A DNA stretch of 64,000 nt from an uncultured bacterium (GTDB lineage Bacteria; Patescibacteriota; Minisyncoccia; Phycocordibacterales; PALSA-1337), in assembly GCA_903839725.1 (NCBI GenBank), contig CAIMDG010000002.1, positions 65,078-129,077 of the forward strand, written 5' to 3'. A program made the translations under genes and the position numbers. Under the pieces are notes generated by a model. The model had not been told where the DNA came from. It made no database searches and saw only the letters and a program-made list of their open reading frames with translations. Every line of letters starts with the position of its first letter. The first letter of the stretch is position 1. Positions 11,212 to 19,793 of the stretch are shown here, one piece after another.

Positions 11212-11634
11212 TTATCCGAGCTTCATACGACGAGCCTGAACATTCAAAGCTTGTCCATTGGGAATTACGCGTTCAACTAATTTCCAGAATGATTCCCCAT
11301 GATGAAGTTCTTTGAGGTGGCACAATTCATGCACAATAATATAATCACGCAATTCTGGAGATAATGTGAGAATGCGATAATTGAAATTAAGATTTTTCTT
11401 TGACGAACAACTTCCCCATCGTCCACGTTGATTGCGAATGCTGACACGATTGTATTTCATGCTCTGTCCCAAAATCGGATCAAGTTTGGTATATTCAGCA
11501 ACAAAATGTGTGAGTCGTTCCATCACAAGTACCCGAGCTGATTCACGATGCAACAAATATTCTTTACGGCCAGACGGCTTGCGTCTGACACGTTGAGTTC
11601 GACGGATTCTTCGGAAGAAAATACGATACGGCAT
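11212..11634 (-). CDS. DUF45/YgjP-family zinc metallopeptidase-like protein (SprT-like HExxH)
   Basis: '[41 protein letters not shown]' is the YgjP/M48-like signature. 1-nt gap to the GIY-YIG gene downstream. Confidence 0.75.
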   Translation of the reverse strand: MPYRIFFRRIRRTQRVRRKPSGRKEYLLHRESARVLVMERLTHFVAEYTKLDPILGQSMKYNRVSIRNQRGRWGSCSSKKNLNFNYRILTLSPELRDYIIVHELCHLKELHHGESFWKLVERVIPNGQALNVQARRMKLG

Positions 11635-11713
11635 AGAGCGATTATAGCAAATTTTTCTTTAGCTACACCTCGAATATTTCCCAAAATACTCGTTTGACGC
11701 ACACCTACCCTAA

Positions 11714-12286
11714 GTGGTACATTATCAGCCGACCTGTAGTTATTTTGTAACAAACCACAACGCAACGAACCAAAGGAATCATATGCCCAAAATTGTAACG
11801 GCAGTTGGAATGATGGACTCATCACTTGGCCTCAAATATATTCTCGAGCGCAATGGGGATACGAATTTGTTAACCAATATCCTTACTCAACTCTTGGAAC
11901 ATTCGCAGACCGAAGCCACGGAAGCGATCGCACACATCCTCGCCCACACCAGATTGTTTGGGAAACCTCTCGTTAAACTTGCGGAGAAACACCGCTTTGC
12001 ACAATCTGCCGCTGGCGGCGCCACTGCCAAGGCAACGGTATGGCCTGAAGGGCTCGCGGAACATGACATCCAGCTTTTGGAATCCGTTCCGGAATTGTGT
12101 TACGACGAATCATTGTTTCGCGCCGTTTGCACAGAAATGGAACGTGCCGAACAAGCTGATCTGTGGCTTGACCACATCACCAGCCCAAATACACCGATGA
12201 GCGCGGTGTTGAAAGTTGTTCCCCATCCCTTCCGGCCGATGTTTGCCCAGAAATACGTTGAGCAATTCAAACGAGCGTTTGTCTAA
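11714..12286 (+). CDS. hypothetical protein (GC-rich singleton)
   Basis: ORF with elevated GC, ending at a strong bidirectional terminator. No recognisable motif. Confidence 0.4.
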   Translation: MVHYQPTCSYFVTNHNATNQRNHMPKIVTAVGMMDSSLGLKYILERNGDTNLLTNILTQLLEHSQTEATEAIAHILAHTRLFGKPLVKLAEKHRFAQSAAGGATAKATVWPEGLAEHDIQLLESVPELCYDESLFRAVCTEMERAEQADLWLDHITSPNTPMSAVLKVVPHPFRPMFAQKYVEQFKRAFV

Positions 12287-12300
12287 CCCGTTTTCACACA

Positions 12301-12340
12301 AAAAAACCCGTTTTCTGTGTGAAAACGGGTTTTTGTTTTA
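12301..12340. terminator. bidirectional rho-independent terminator
   Basis: 'AAAAAAACCCGTTTTC-TGTGTG-AAAACGGGTTTTTGTTTT' between convergent genes. Confidence 0.7.
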
Positions 12341-12358
12341 TTCAAATATATTTTGAAA

Positions 12359-12736
12359 CTATTCTAGAGTCGCACAATCACCAAATGTTTGTTCATCGTC
12401 TTCGGTAATAAAAGCGGTATTCCCTTTATTCCAGAATACAAATGATTCATTGATGTTGGCGTAACGAGCACCTGAAGCTGATATAGCTTGTGACAGTGAA
12501 AGCTGGCGATGATCTGATAATACCAAGTCGACTTTATTATCGCGGAATGTGCCGGAAATAAATTTGTTGTCTTTGCAAAAATACGTAGCGGTAGCGATGA
12601 TTGGTGTTTCTTTTTGAGGAGTAAGGGGTTGGGTAGATGAAGGTGTGGTAAATAGGACTTTACCGAGGTAGATGCCGAGAATGAAAACGCAGATGACTAA
12701 GGAGAGAGTGAGGAATTTGAGAGGATGGGTGGGCAT
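12359..12736 (-). CDS. MliC-family lysozyme inhibitor-like lipoprotein/membrane-anchored protein
   Basis: N-terminal TM/signal segment, Cys, and 'SASGARY' resembling the MliC conserved SxSGAxY motif. Confidence 0.45.
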   Translation of the reverse strand: MPTHPLKFLTLSLVICVFILGIYLGKVLFTTPSSTQPLTPQKETPIIATATYFCKDNKFISGTFRDNKVDLVLSDHRQLSLSQAISASGARYANINESFVFWNKGNTAFITEDDEQTFGDCATLE

Positions 12737-12887
12737 GGGGTAAGTATAACAGAAAAATAACTCTCAACTATTACCCCTCCTATGAAGAAAATTTCGTACC
12801 CCTATGACAAAATCGTTATACTCTATATTATTTTGAGTCACATTCAAGGCTTTTTCTGGGCACGCCCTATGAAGTTTTCTTCATACC

Positions 12888-14471
12888 CTATTTCCCCAAA
12901 TCCAACACCTCATCAATCCTAATCTGCTTCACAAACTCCGGCACGTGACTTACCACAATCATCGCACCCTCATACTGATCAAGAGCCTTGGCAATGACCG
13001 GCAAATGTCTAAAGTTAATATGGTTCGTCGGCTCATCGAGAATAAGTAACCCTGGACGTTGCAATACCAAACGAGCAAAAGCTACAAGACCCTTCTGCCC
13101 TTCTGAGAGTGACGCAATCTTGGTATGGATGGTATCAGCGGTGATGAGGAAACTTGCAGCGACTGCACGAAGTTCAGTTTCGATGAGGCGTCCTTCGACT
13201 GAGCGAATCACTTTTTCGAGACTTTGGTAAACAGTGTCATTGAAATCCATCATTGAAAAATCTTGACGATAGTACCCAACACGAATGCCTGGAGCAATCG
13301 AGACTTCAGCATTGACCAGTGAATGGTGATTGCCATCAGTGATCACACCAGCGTGGCGAGCGATCGATTCAAGCAACGTACTTTTTCCAATACCATTCGG
13401 ACCAGAGAGAAGCAGGTGCTGTTTCTTTCGTAGAGAAATCTTCGCCTTGTGAGTCGTCGGTTTATGCGTCTTAGGATTCATGATCGAATACGACGAAATA
13501 CCCATGACTTCACCGATGAGGTCAGGCTGTGATGGTATCGTAAATGACTTGATCGTACGATCTTCCTTACGCACATCAACAATCTCCTCTTCCATCTCCT
13601 CAGCCTTCTCACGCATACGCTTTGCCACCAGACGCATCTGACCTCCTTTGTTGGCGAAGACATTGGCCTGATCTTTATTGGCTTGAATCTGTTTTGCCAA
13701 CTGAGCATTCTTCATATTTTCTTTTTCGATACGCGCACTAATCTGATCCACCACATCAGCATAGTCACCAACATACTGTTCAACTTTCTTGGTATACACA
13801 TCGAGATACAAGACACCGTGTGTGAAGGCATTCAAGAATTCAGCATCGTGAGAAATAACCAAACAGGTCTTCTTATAATTCACCAAGAAATCCGTGAGGT
13901 GTTCAATTCCAGCCTTGTCGAGATTGTTCGTAGGTTCATCGAGCAACAAAATATCAGGGTCTTGAATGAGTGCTGACGCCAAAAGTAATCGTGCTTGCTG
14001 ACCACCAGAAAATGTTTTCACCAAACGATCTTTGATATCGATAGGATGTCCGTCTTTGCCACCAGTACCCTTTTTCCCAATATGTAAATTAACCACATCC
14101 AACACCTCATCGATACGAGGATCAAGATCGTATATTTTTTCCTTGAATGAGGTCGCGAAAAATTCACGTACAGTGAGATCGAGCTGATCACGTGGAATAA
14201 CCTGACGACTGGTTGCAACAGTTGCACCATTGGTAACAAATATTTCACCTGATTCAGGCTTCCATGTCTCATATCCTGCTGCCCCGAGAATCAAACCGAA
14301 AATAGTAGTTTTACCCGCACCATTTTGACCCATGATGGTAACCTTGGTACCACGACGAACCGTGAATGAAACCTCGTCGAGAATAGGCTTATTATGTCCC
14401 CATTCAAAAGTAACTTCATCAAAACGGATGATAGTATCGCCAGAAAACGCTGTTTTAGGATTATGTGCCAT
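12888..14471 (-). CDS. ABC-F family ATPase (tandem ABC domains, EttA/Uup-like)
   Basis: Two Walker A motifs ('GQNGAGKTT', 'GPNGIGKST') and two signature motifs ('LSGGQQ', 'LSEGQK'). Inter-domain linker and no TM segments. Confidence 0.85.
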   Translation of the reverse strand: MAHNPKTAFSGDTIIRFDEVTFEWGHNKPILDEVSFTVRRGTKVTIMGQNGAGKTTIFGLILGAAGYETWKPESGEIFVTNGATVATSRQVIPRDQLDLTVREFFATSFKEKIYDLDPRIDEVLDVVNLHIGKKGTGGKDGHPIDIKDRLVKTFSGGQQARLLLASALIQDPDILLLDEPTNNLDKAGIEHLTDFLVNYKKTCLVISHDAEFLNAFTHGVLYLDVYTKKVEQYVGDYADVVDQISARIEKENMKNAQLAKQIQANKDQANVFANKGGQMRLVAKRMREKAEEMEEEIVDVRKEDRTIKSFTIPSQPDLIGEVMGISSYSIMNPKTHKPTTHKAKISLRKKQHLLLSGPNGIGKSTLLESIARHAGVITDGNHHSLVNAEVSIAPGIRVGYYRQDFSMMDFNDTVYQSLEKVIRSVEGRLIETELRAVAASFLITADTIHTKIASLSEGQKGLVAFARLVLQRPGLLILDEPTNHINFRHLPVIAKALDQYEGAMIVVSHVPEFVKQIRIDEVLDLGK

Positions 14472-14577
14472 TGAGGATATAGAGTAGCCTATTTATAGCT
14501 ATTTTGCGAGGAATAAGGACGGAGCGCATTCACGTCCTGATGACAATGGGAGGTATTCTCGTTTATACTTACATTAT

Positions 14578-14943
14578 ATGACAACTACAAAAAAGATCGT
14601 GTATTACACACTACTCACCCTTATTAGCCTCGCCTTCATCGCAACGTCATATTCAAAACTTACTGGCGCTCCCGCGGCAGTGGCTGGCTTTGCGCAAGCA
14701 CATCTCCCTGTATGGTTCATGTACTTCATCGGTCTCGCTGAACTTCTCGGTGGTATTGCGCTTTGGATTCCAAAAATATCAAAGTGGGCAACGTATGGTC
14801 TCTATATCATTCTTGCTGGAGCAACTATCGTTACTCTCTTCTTGAACACTACCATAATGATACTCATGCCTATCTCCTTTGCTATTGTTCTCGCAATCGT
14901 CCGCCATCTCGGCAAACAAAAATCCTCTGCTCAAGTTGTATAA
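14578..14943 (+). CDS. DoxX-family membrane protein
   Basis: Four TM helices with 'LAELLGGIALWIPK', typical of DoxX. Confidence 0.65.
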   Translation: MTTTKKIVYYTLLTLISLAFIATSYSKLTGAPAAVAGFAQAHLPVWFMYFIGLAELLGGIALWIPKISKWATYGLYIILAGATIVTLFLNTTIMILMPISFAIVLAIVRHLGKQKSSAQVV

Positions 14944-15431
14944 AATCAGAACCTTTTTCTAGGTTATTCAATACGTACATAAAAAGACTGTAATATCTAT
15001 TCCGGTCTTTTTGCATACACACATCACTATATAAAAAGCAAAACCCAGACAGAAGTCTGGGTGTAAGAACGTGAGAGGGACAAAAGAGCAAAGAATGAAC
15101 AAAGTGATGAAAGAGCAAAAGGTAGTGAGAAAGAGAAATGAGAGAGGTGGAGGTGAATGATGTCGGGGCTAAAAGCGGCTGAGGGTACTTGGGATTGAAA
15201 AGTCAAAGGAAAGCCGACATATTCACATACCTATCTGATTTCTTTACTCACTTTCAACGTTCTTACACAAGTATTATATACCCAAAAAATACAAAAGTCA
15301 ATACCCTTCCGATATGATATTCACAGTACACACACCCAAAGAATGGACACAATCACATAAGCGTGTTAGGATATATCCTCACAGTTCTTTGCTTGGTACG
15401 AGCTACCAAGCCACAACCCAATAAACAAAAC

Positions 15432-15875
15432 ATGAGCACAATGAGCAACGGAAGTAACGAAGACCTGAAAAAACTGATAGAAGAAACGTTTGGGAAATAC
15501 CCATTCAACTTCAAAACACCCGAGAGCGACGTCAGCTTCAACCTCCAGCGTCCAGATCCGGATAAACCTGGCAACTGGCTGGTAACGCAGCATTTCGTCG
15601 GCGGGCCAGTCGTAAATCCTTGGGCGCGTCGTACAGAAAGAACGCCGCCGAAGTATATTTCAATGTCCGAGGACAAAATCCTCGATGCGAATGCGGCGCA
15701 TAAAGCCCAGTGGACAATCAATAAGATGGACACTATTGGCGTATTACCTGGCGGCAGACAATCGCAAAGAAGCCGAACTACCCAGCGCATTATCCGCAAA
15801 AAAGGCAGTCTCGCTCGTTTGCGACTGCTCATGCATCTCGACGAAAATCCGGGCCAGCTCCCCGATATGGTATAG
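15432..15875 (+). CDS. hypothetical protein (GC-rich singleton)
   Basis: + strand ORF followed by a + oriented terminator at 15895-15921. A fully overlapping minus-strand ORF was rejected. No motif. Confidence 0.35.
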   Translation: MSTMSNGSNEDLKKLIEETFGKYPFNFKTPESDVSFNLQRPDPDKPGNWLVTQHFVGGPVVNPWARRTERTPPKYISMSEDKILDANAAHKAQWTINKMDTIGVLPGGRQSQRSRTTQRIIRKKGSLARLRLLMHLDENPGQLPDMV

Positions 15876-15894
15876 AGATTGCGTCCCCTTCACC

Positions 15895-15921
15895 GCCAGA
15901 CCTCACCGTCTGGCATTTTTG
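15895..15921 (+). terminator. rho-independent terminator
   Basis: 'GCCAGAC-CTCACC-GTCTGGC' followed by 'ATTTTTG'. Confidence 0.55.
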
Positions 15922-15930
15922 TATCCAAAA

Positions 15931-16560
15931 TTATCTCTGAATCGTCACCATCACCTCATGTTTCTCCATAAAAGGAATCGTAAATGGTGCAGTGTATCCC
16001 GCATATGATATTCCTCCTTGAGGTATCACTCCATCACGTATCAATGCAGCTTTCAATATATTTTTTTGTTTCTTGATGCGATCACCATGCACATGCCATG
16101 AGAACGATCGTGCGGCCACGGTATGAGCAGATATAGTATTGAATACAATACGAGAATCAGTCGGCTTGGGTAGAGTTGTGAGTGTATATTCGCGAGGCAT
16201 TACAAAAGAAACAACATGTGATGTCTCTGAGTTATCTCGTGCCATCACCGGAGCAGTCATGGCGAGTTTTGTTGAAGTTGATTCAGTTTCAGCGACGGGA
16301 GCAGTCATCGCAAGTTTTGCATTGCTAACATTACTTCCAAAAATATATGCAGCGAGAATTCGGAAACCGGCATTCATCGCTTCACGACGCGGACCTTCGA
16401 CAATAACTTCGGCTACTATGTATGGTTCATATGCTCGCACTTCATATTCTTTCTTTTTTGATATGACTTTATATGTTGGTGCGCCAACGTGATTTACCTT
16501 CCAACTCGCAATAATCCATACGAGTACTAGTACAACCAAGATAATGAGAAATGTATTCAT
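15931..16560 (-). CDS. SOUL heme-binding protein family
   Basis: N-terminal TM anchor and a 'YEVRAYEPYIVAEV' SOUL/HBP motif. Internal duplicated 'KLAMTAPV' segment. Confidence 0.6.
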   Translation of the reverse strand: MNTFLIILVVLVLVWIIASWKVNHVGAPTYKVISKKKEYEVRAYEPYIVAEVIVEGPRREAMNAGFRILAAYIFGSNVSNAKLAMTAPVAETESTSTKLAMTAPVMARDNSETSHVVSFVMPREYTLTTLPKPTDSRIVFNTISAHTVAARSFSWHVHGDRIKKQKNILKAALIRDGVIPQGGISYAGYTAPFTIPFMEKHEVMVTIQR

Positions 16561-16578
16561 AATCTAAGTATAGCATGA

Positions 16579-16720
16579 CGAATCACAGCGGGTATGCAGT
16601 ATGTGACAGTCGAAACATCCGTGACGAACTAATATGAATGTCTGAAGAACACAATAATGTAACGATATCCCGCTGGGAATTGTTTCGACTGTCACATACT
16701 GCATACCCGCTGTGATTTCG
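16579..16720. repeat. Family-2 element copy A: conserved ~63-nt core flanked by perfect 39-bp copy-specific inverted repeats
   Basis: Arms 16579-16617 and 16681-16720 are exact reverse complements. The core '...ATATGAATGTCTGAAGAACACAATAATGTAACGATATCCCGCTGGGAAT' is homologous to the core at 35608-35679. Confidence 0.8.
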
Positions 16721-16840
16721 TAAGGTGCAGGTGAGAAGATTTTGAGGGACGTTTCGGAGCGAGTAAAGACGAGCGAGAACCAGCCGCGGAGCCAGCAGGC
16801 TCCGACGGCGTGTCCCGAGAAAATTCTCACCCGCACCTTA
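16721..16840. other. GC-rich structured element (17-bp inverted repeat enclosing an ~86-nt GC-rich segment with an internal hairpin)
   Basis: 'TAAGGTGCAGGTGAGAA' ... 'TTCTCACCCGCACCTTA' with one mismatch. Internal 'CGGAGCC-AGCA-GGCTCCG'. Confidence 0.4.
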
Positions 16841-16856
16841 CGGAACTCAAAAAATA

Positions 16857-18773
16857 TTATTTCCTCCCCGCTCGAAGTGCATTCCCTATCGGTAAGAAAT
16901 CAGTAAGAAAATTGTACGTCGCTGCACCAGCTGGACCGATAACACCGAACGCTACCAAACCCAAGCCAATAATATTCGTAATAGCCCAAATGCCAAAATT
17001 CTGACGCATAATAGTGATGACACGCTGTGACAAACGCATTACTTCAGGTAAACGAGATAACTGATCTTTCATGATAGTGATATCAGCGGCTTCAATGGCA
17101 GCATCAGCACCAACACCACCCATAGCGATAGAAACGTCCACAAGCGCCAAGGCGCCGGCATCATTCACGCCATCGCCAATATATCCAACAACCTGCTGAT
17201 GAGCACGTCGTGAGTGTGCACGCTTCTTTTGTTCAAATTCTTTGATAAAGGCAACTTTCGTTTCTGGAGTCATGTTGGCATGAAAATCATTTATACCGAG
17301 TTCACGTACCACTGGAGCAGCAGCACGTTCATTATCCCCTGTCAGCATGTGCCATTCGAGAACGCCCAATTCTTTTGTTTCAGCGATAATCTCTTTGACG
17401 CGTGGACGAATCTCATCACGATATGACAGAAGTCCAGCTATCTCATTGTCGATTGCCAATACCACAATTCCTCTACCAGCATCCTTTTCTGCAGCAACAT
17501 CTTTTTTGATGAGATCATTCACCGGACGTCCTTGTAGTTCCATGAATGAAAGGCGTCCCAAAAACATCTTCTGATCATCATGAGAAAAAACAATACCCTG
17601 TCCAGGAATCTCTGTAGATTCATGGGGTGCATGAATAGACAAATGATGTTCAGCCATATATTCGAGAATGGCACGAGACACCATGTGGTGTGATTCTGAA
17701 GCACTCATACCAAATCGTTCGATCACCTGTTCAGTAGACCATGGGCTATATGCTTTTATTTCTATAACTTTTGGTTTGCCACGAGTAAGTGTGCCTGTCT
17801 TGTCGGTCAAAATATATTTGAGACGAGACATCTGCTCAAATGCTTTTGAACCTTTGACGATCACTCCACGTTTCGCTGCACGACTAATAGCGGCAGTGAA
17901 TGCGAGCGGTACAGCAACCGCAATATCATCAGCACAAACAACCAACAATACCGAGAGAATATTTCGTGGAGTAACCCCCAATAGATACATACTTCCTGCA
18001 GCAACAAGTGACAATCCTATGTACCATTGTGTGAATCTATCAGCTGCACGTTCAGCATCATTCTTCTGACGGCTCGCTTCATCAACGAGACTTATCATGC
18101 GTGCCAATGTTGTATCAGCTCCAAGTTTGTCGGCACGAACAACAATAGAACCAGATTCATTGATTGTCGCAGTGTACACCTGATCCCCACTTTTCTTGGG
18201 AACAAGTTCACTTTCACCAGTAAGAGAAGATTCATTTATTTCAGCAGTACCAGACACAACTGTTCCATCAACAGGCATACGATCTCCTGATTCAACAATC
18301 ACATGATCACCTTTTTTAACTTCACTGATGTGAACTTCTCGTATAGTCTCACCTGTTTGAATGCGTACGTTCTCAACGTGATATTTCATCAAACTTTCAA
18401 TGGTCTTATTGGCACGAGCTTCAGTAATACGCTCAAAGAGACGTGCGAATGCCAACATAAGTGTGATAAATCCGGCCGAGAACCATTCACGTGAAATGAG
18501 CGAGAATACCAGTGCAATAACTGCCAACAAATCAACTGACAATTTTCTACTGATCAATGCTCGGCCAGCTGACACTGCAACAGGAATAAGTCCGACTGCA
18601 GTCAAAATCATAAGAATCGTATTGGCTACTTGCTCATGAAGAAAAAATGAAATAGCGAGGGCGATGAGAGTTCCACCAATAAGTACAGCATCTAGTATTG
18701 AAAAAAAACGTTCTTCAATTTCGTGAAAGCTACGTTTTGAATGTTCAGAAGATATCTGAGGAGAATTATTCAT
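16857..18773 (-). CDS. P-type cation-transporting ATPase (P1B-like, lacks N-terminal metal-binding domain)
   Basis: 'DKTGTLT' phosphorylation motif, 'TGES' actuator motif and 'GDGVNDAGALA' hinge. Transmembrane 'CADD' instead of canonical CPC. Confidence 0.8.
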   Translation of the reverse strand: MNNSPQISSEHSKRSFHEIEERFFSILDAVLIGGTLIALAISFFLHEQVANTILMILTAVGLIPVAVSAGRALISRKLSVDLLAVIALVFSLISREWFSAGFITLMLAFARLFERITEARANKTIESLMKYHVENVRIQTGETIREVHISEVKKGDHVIVESGDRMPVDGTVVSGTAEINESSLTGESELVPKKSGDQVYTATINESGSIVVRADKLGADTTLARMISLVDEASRQKNDAERAADRFTQWYIGLSLVAAGSMYLLGVTPRNILSVLLVVCADDIAVAVPLAFTAAISRAAKRGVIVKGSKAFEQMSRLKYILTDKTGTLTRGKPKVIEIKAYSPWSTEQVIERFGMSASESHHMVSRAILEYMAEHHLSIHAPHESTEIPGQGIVFSHDDQKMFLGRLSFMELQGRPVNDLIKKDVAAEKDAGRGIVVLAIDNEIAGLLSYRDEIRPRVKEIIAETKELGVLEWHMLTGDNERAAAPVVRELGINDFHANMTPETKVAFIKEFEQKKRAHSRRAHQQVVGYIGDGVNDAGALALVDVSIAMGGVGADAAIEAADITIMKDQLSRLPEVMRLSQRVITIMRQNFGIWAITNIIGLGLVAFGVIGPAGAATYNFLTDFLPIGNALRAGRK

Positions 18774-18873
18774 GGGAATAGTATATCAAACATCTGTGTA
18801 TATCGTGTGTACACCAGAACTTGCAGTCAGCCTCAAACGCGCTATGATGACGCGAGCTACTTGAACAAAAACC

Positions 18874-19731
18874 TTGAAAATGAGCCATACTATGAACAAA
18901 TCATTGCTACTTGGCGGTTTACTTACGACGGTTGCGCATGCTGGTATTGGAGATACCGATGCTCTGAGAAATTTGTTTCCGGCTGACTATCCCTTTCAGT
19001 CACTCGAAAAACCTCCGGTATACAAAACGTTATTGGCCAAATTTGTAAAAGAATTTGGCAGGCCGGACACATTCATCAACAACATGGGAAGTCCTTCCCT
19101 ATTCGACCGCGCGGTATCTTTCCAGCAAGCCAACTACAACGATGTCACCTGGATCAATGACAAAGGTCAGCGATCATTCGGCGACGCTGCTGGTTACGGT
19201 ATCCGCGAAGCTGCTGTCAGTTATTTCCCCGTTAAAGAATTCGAATCAGATATCCAGGATATCGGTTCACGATTTACACACGTTGTGATCGGCGACACGG
19301 CTGAGGAACAGCGCCTTATGGTAAGTGCTATCCCAAATGCTTCCGAATATTCGTGGATGAAACAGGCTCGTGAAGACGGTGCGTATAATTACAATCTACG
19401 CCCATTCAATTCAAGCCCATATCTACATGGATATATGAAAGTCGGACACTTTGCCGGGCAATCACTTGCAACAGTATCTGGCCGGTGGTATTACGATCTA
19501 CGCCACAGCAAAGATCACATGAGTTTTGAAACGATTTTCAATATGCAACACAACTACGGCTTTCAGGTTGGTGCATCATTTGATCCTTTCAACTTCAATG
19601 CAAGCGATACGACTTCGTGTTCAATGCGCTTACAGCACTTCGGACAGAATGGCATATTCAAATCATGGTCTATCGGTGTTGTGCAAAACAGCCAAACAAC
19701 TCTGGTCGCTCAACTTGGTTGGTTTTGGTAA
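18874..19731 (+). CDS. secreted hypothetical protein
   Basis: Signal peptide 'MNKSLLLGGLLTTVAHAG'. Moderately elevated GC. Confidence 0.4.
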   Translation: MKMSHTMNKSLLLGGLLTTVAHAGIGDTDALRNLFPADYPFQSLEKPPVYKTLLAKFVKEFGRPDTFINNMGSPSLFDRAVSFQQANYNDVTWINDKGQRSFGDAAGYGIREAAVSYFPVKEFESDIQDIGSRFTHVVIGDTAEEQRLMVSAIPNASEYSWMKQAREDGAYNYNLRPFNSSPYLHGYMKVGHFAGQSLATVSGRWYYDLRHSKDHMSFETIFNMQHNYGFQVGASFDPFNFNASDTTSCSMRLQHFGQNGIFKSWSIGVVQNSQTTLVAQLGWFW

Positions 19732-19743
19732 CACTTCTCACAC

Positions 19744-19777
19744 AAAAACGCGATTCCACATCCGGAATCGCGTTTTA
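19744..19777. terminator. bidirectional rho-independent terminator
   Basis: 'AAAAACGCGATTCC-ACATCC-GGAATCGCGTTTT' between convergent genes. Confidence 0.6.
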
Positions 19778-19793
19778 TAATATACGTTATATC

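Noticed and set aside
15353-15832. 159-aa minus-strand ORF fully overlapping the 15432-15875 + strand ORF
   Set aside because: Only the + strand has a correctly oriented terminator (15895-15921, hairpin followed by a T-run). The minus-strand frame has no downstream terminator and an odd Cys/Arg-rich composition.
16564-16836. 90-aa ORF (minus strand) and other small ORFs (for example 8493-8723, 35008-35249, 1761-2183, 37573-37977) that overlap palindromic repeats
   Set aside because: They are produced by reading through long inverted repeats, which removes stop codons on both strands. They contain repeat-derived peptides such as '[12 protein letters not shown]' and have no start context. They were treated as non-coding.
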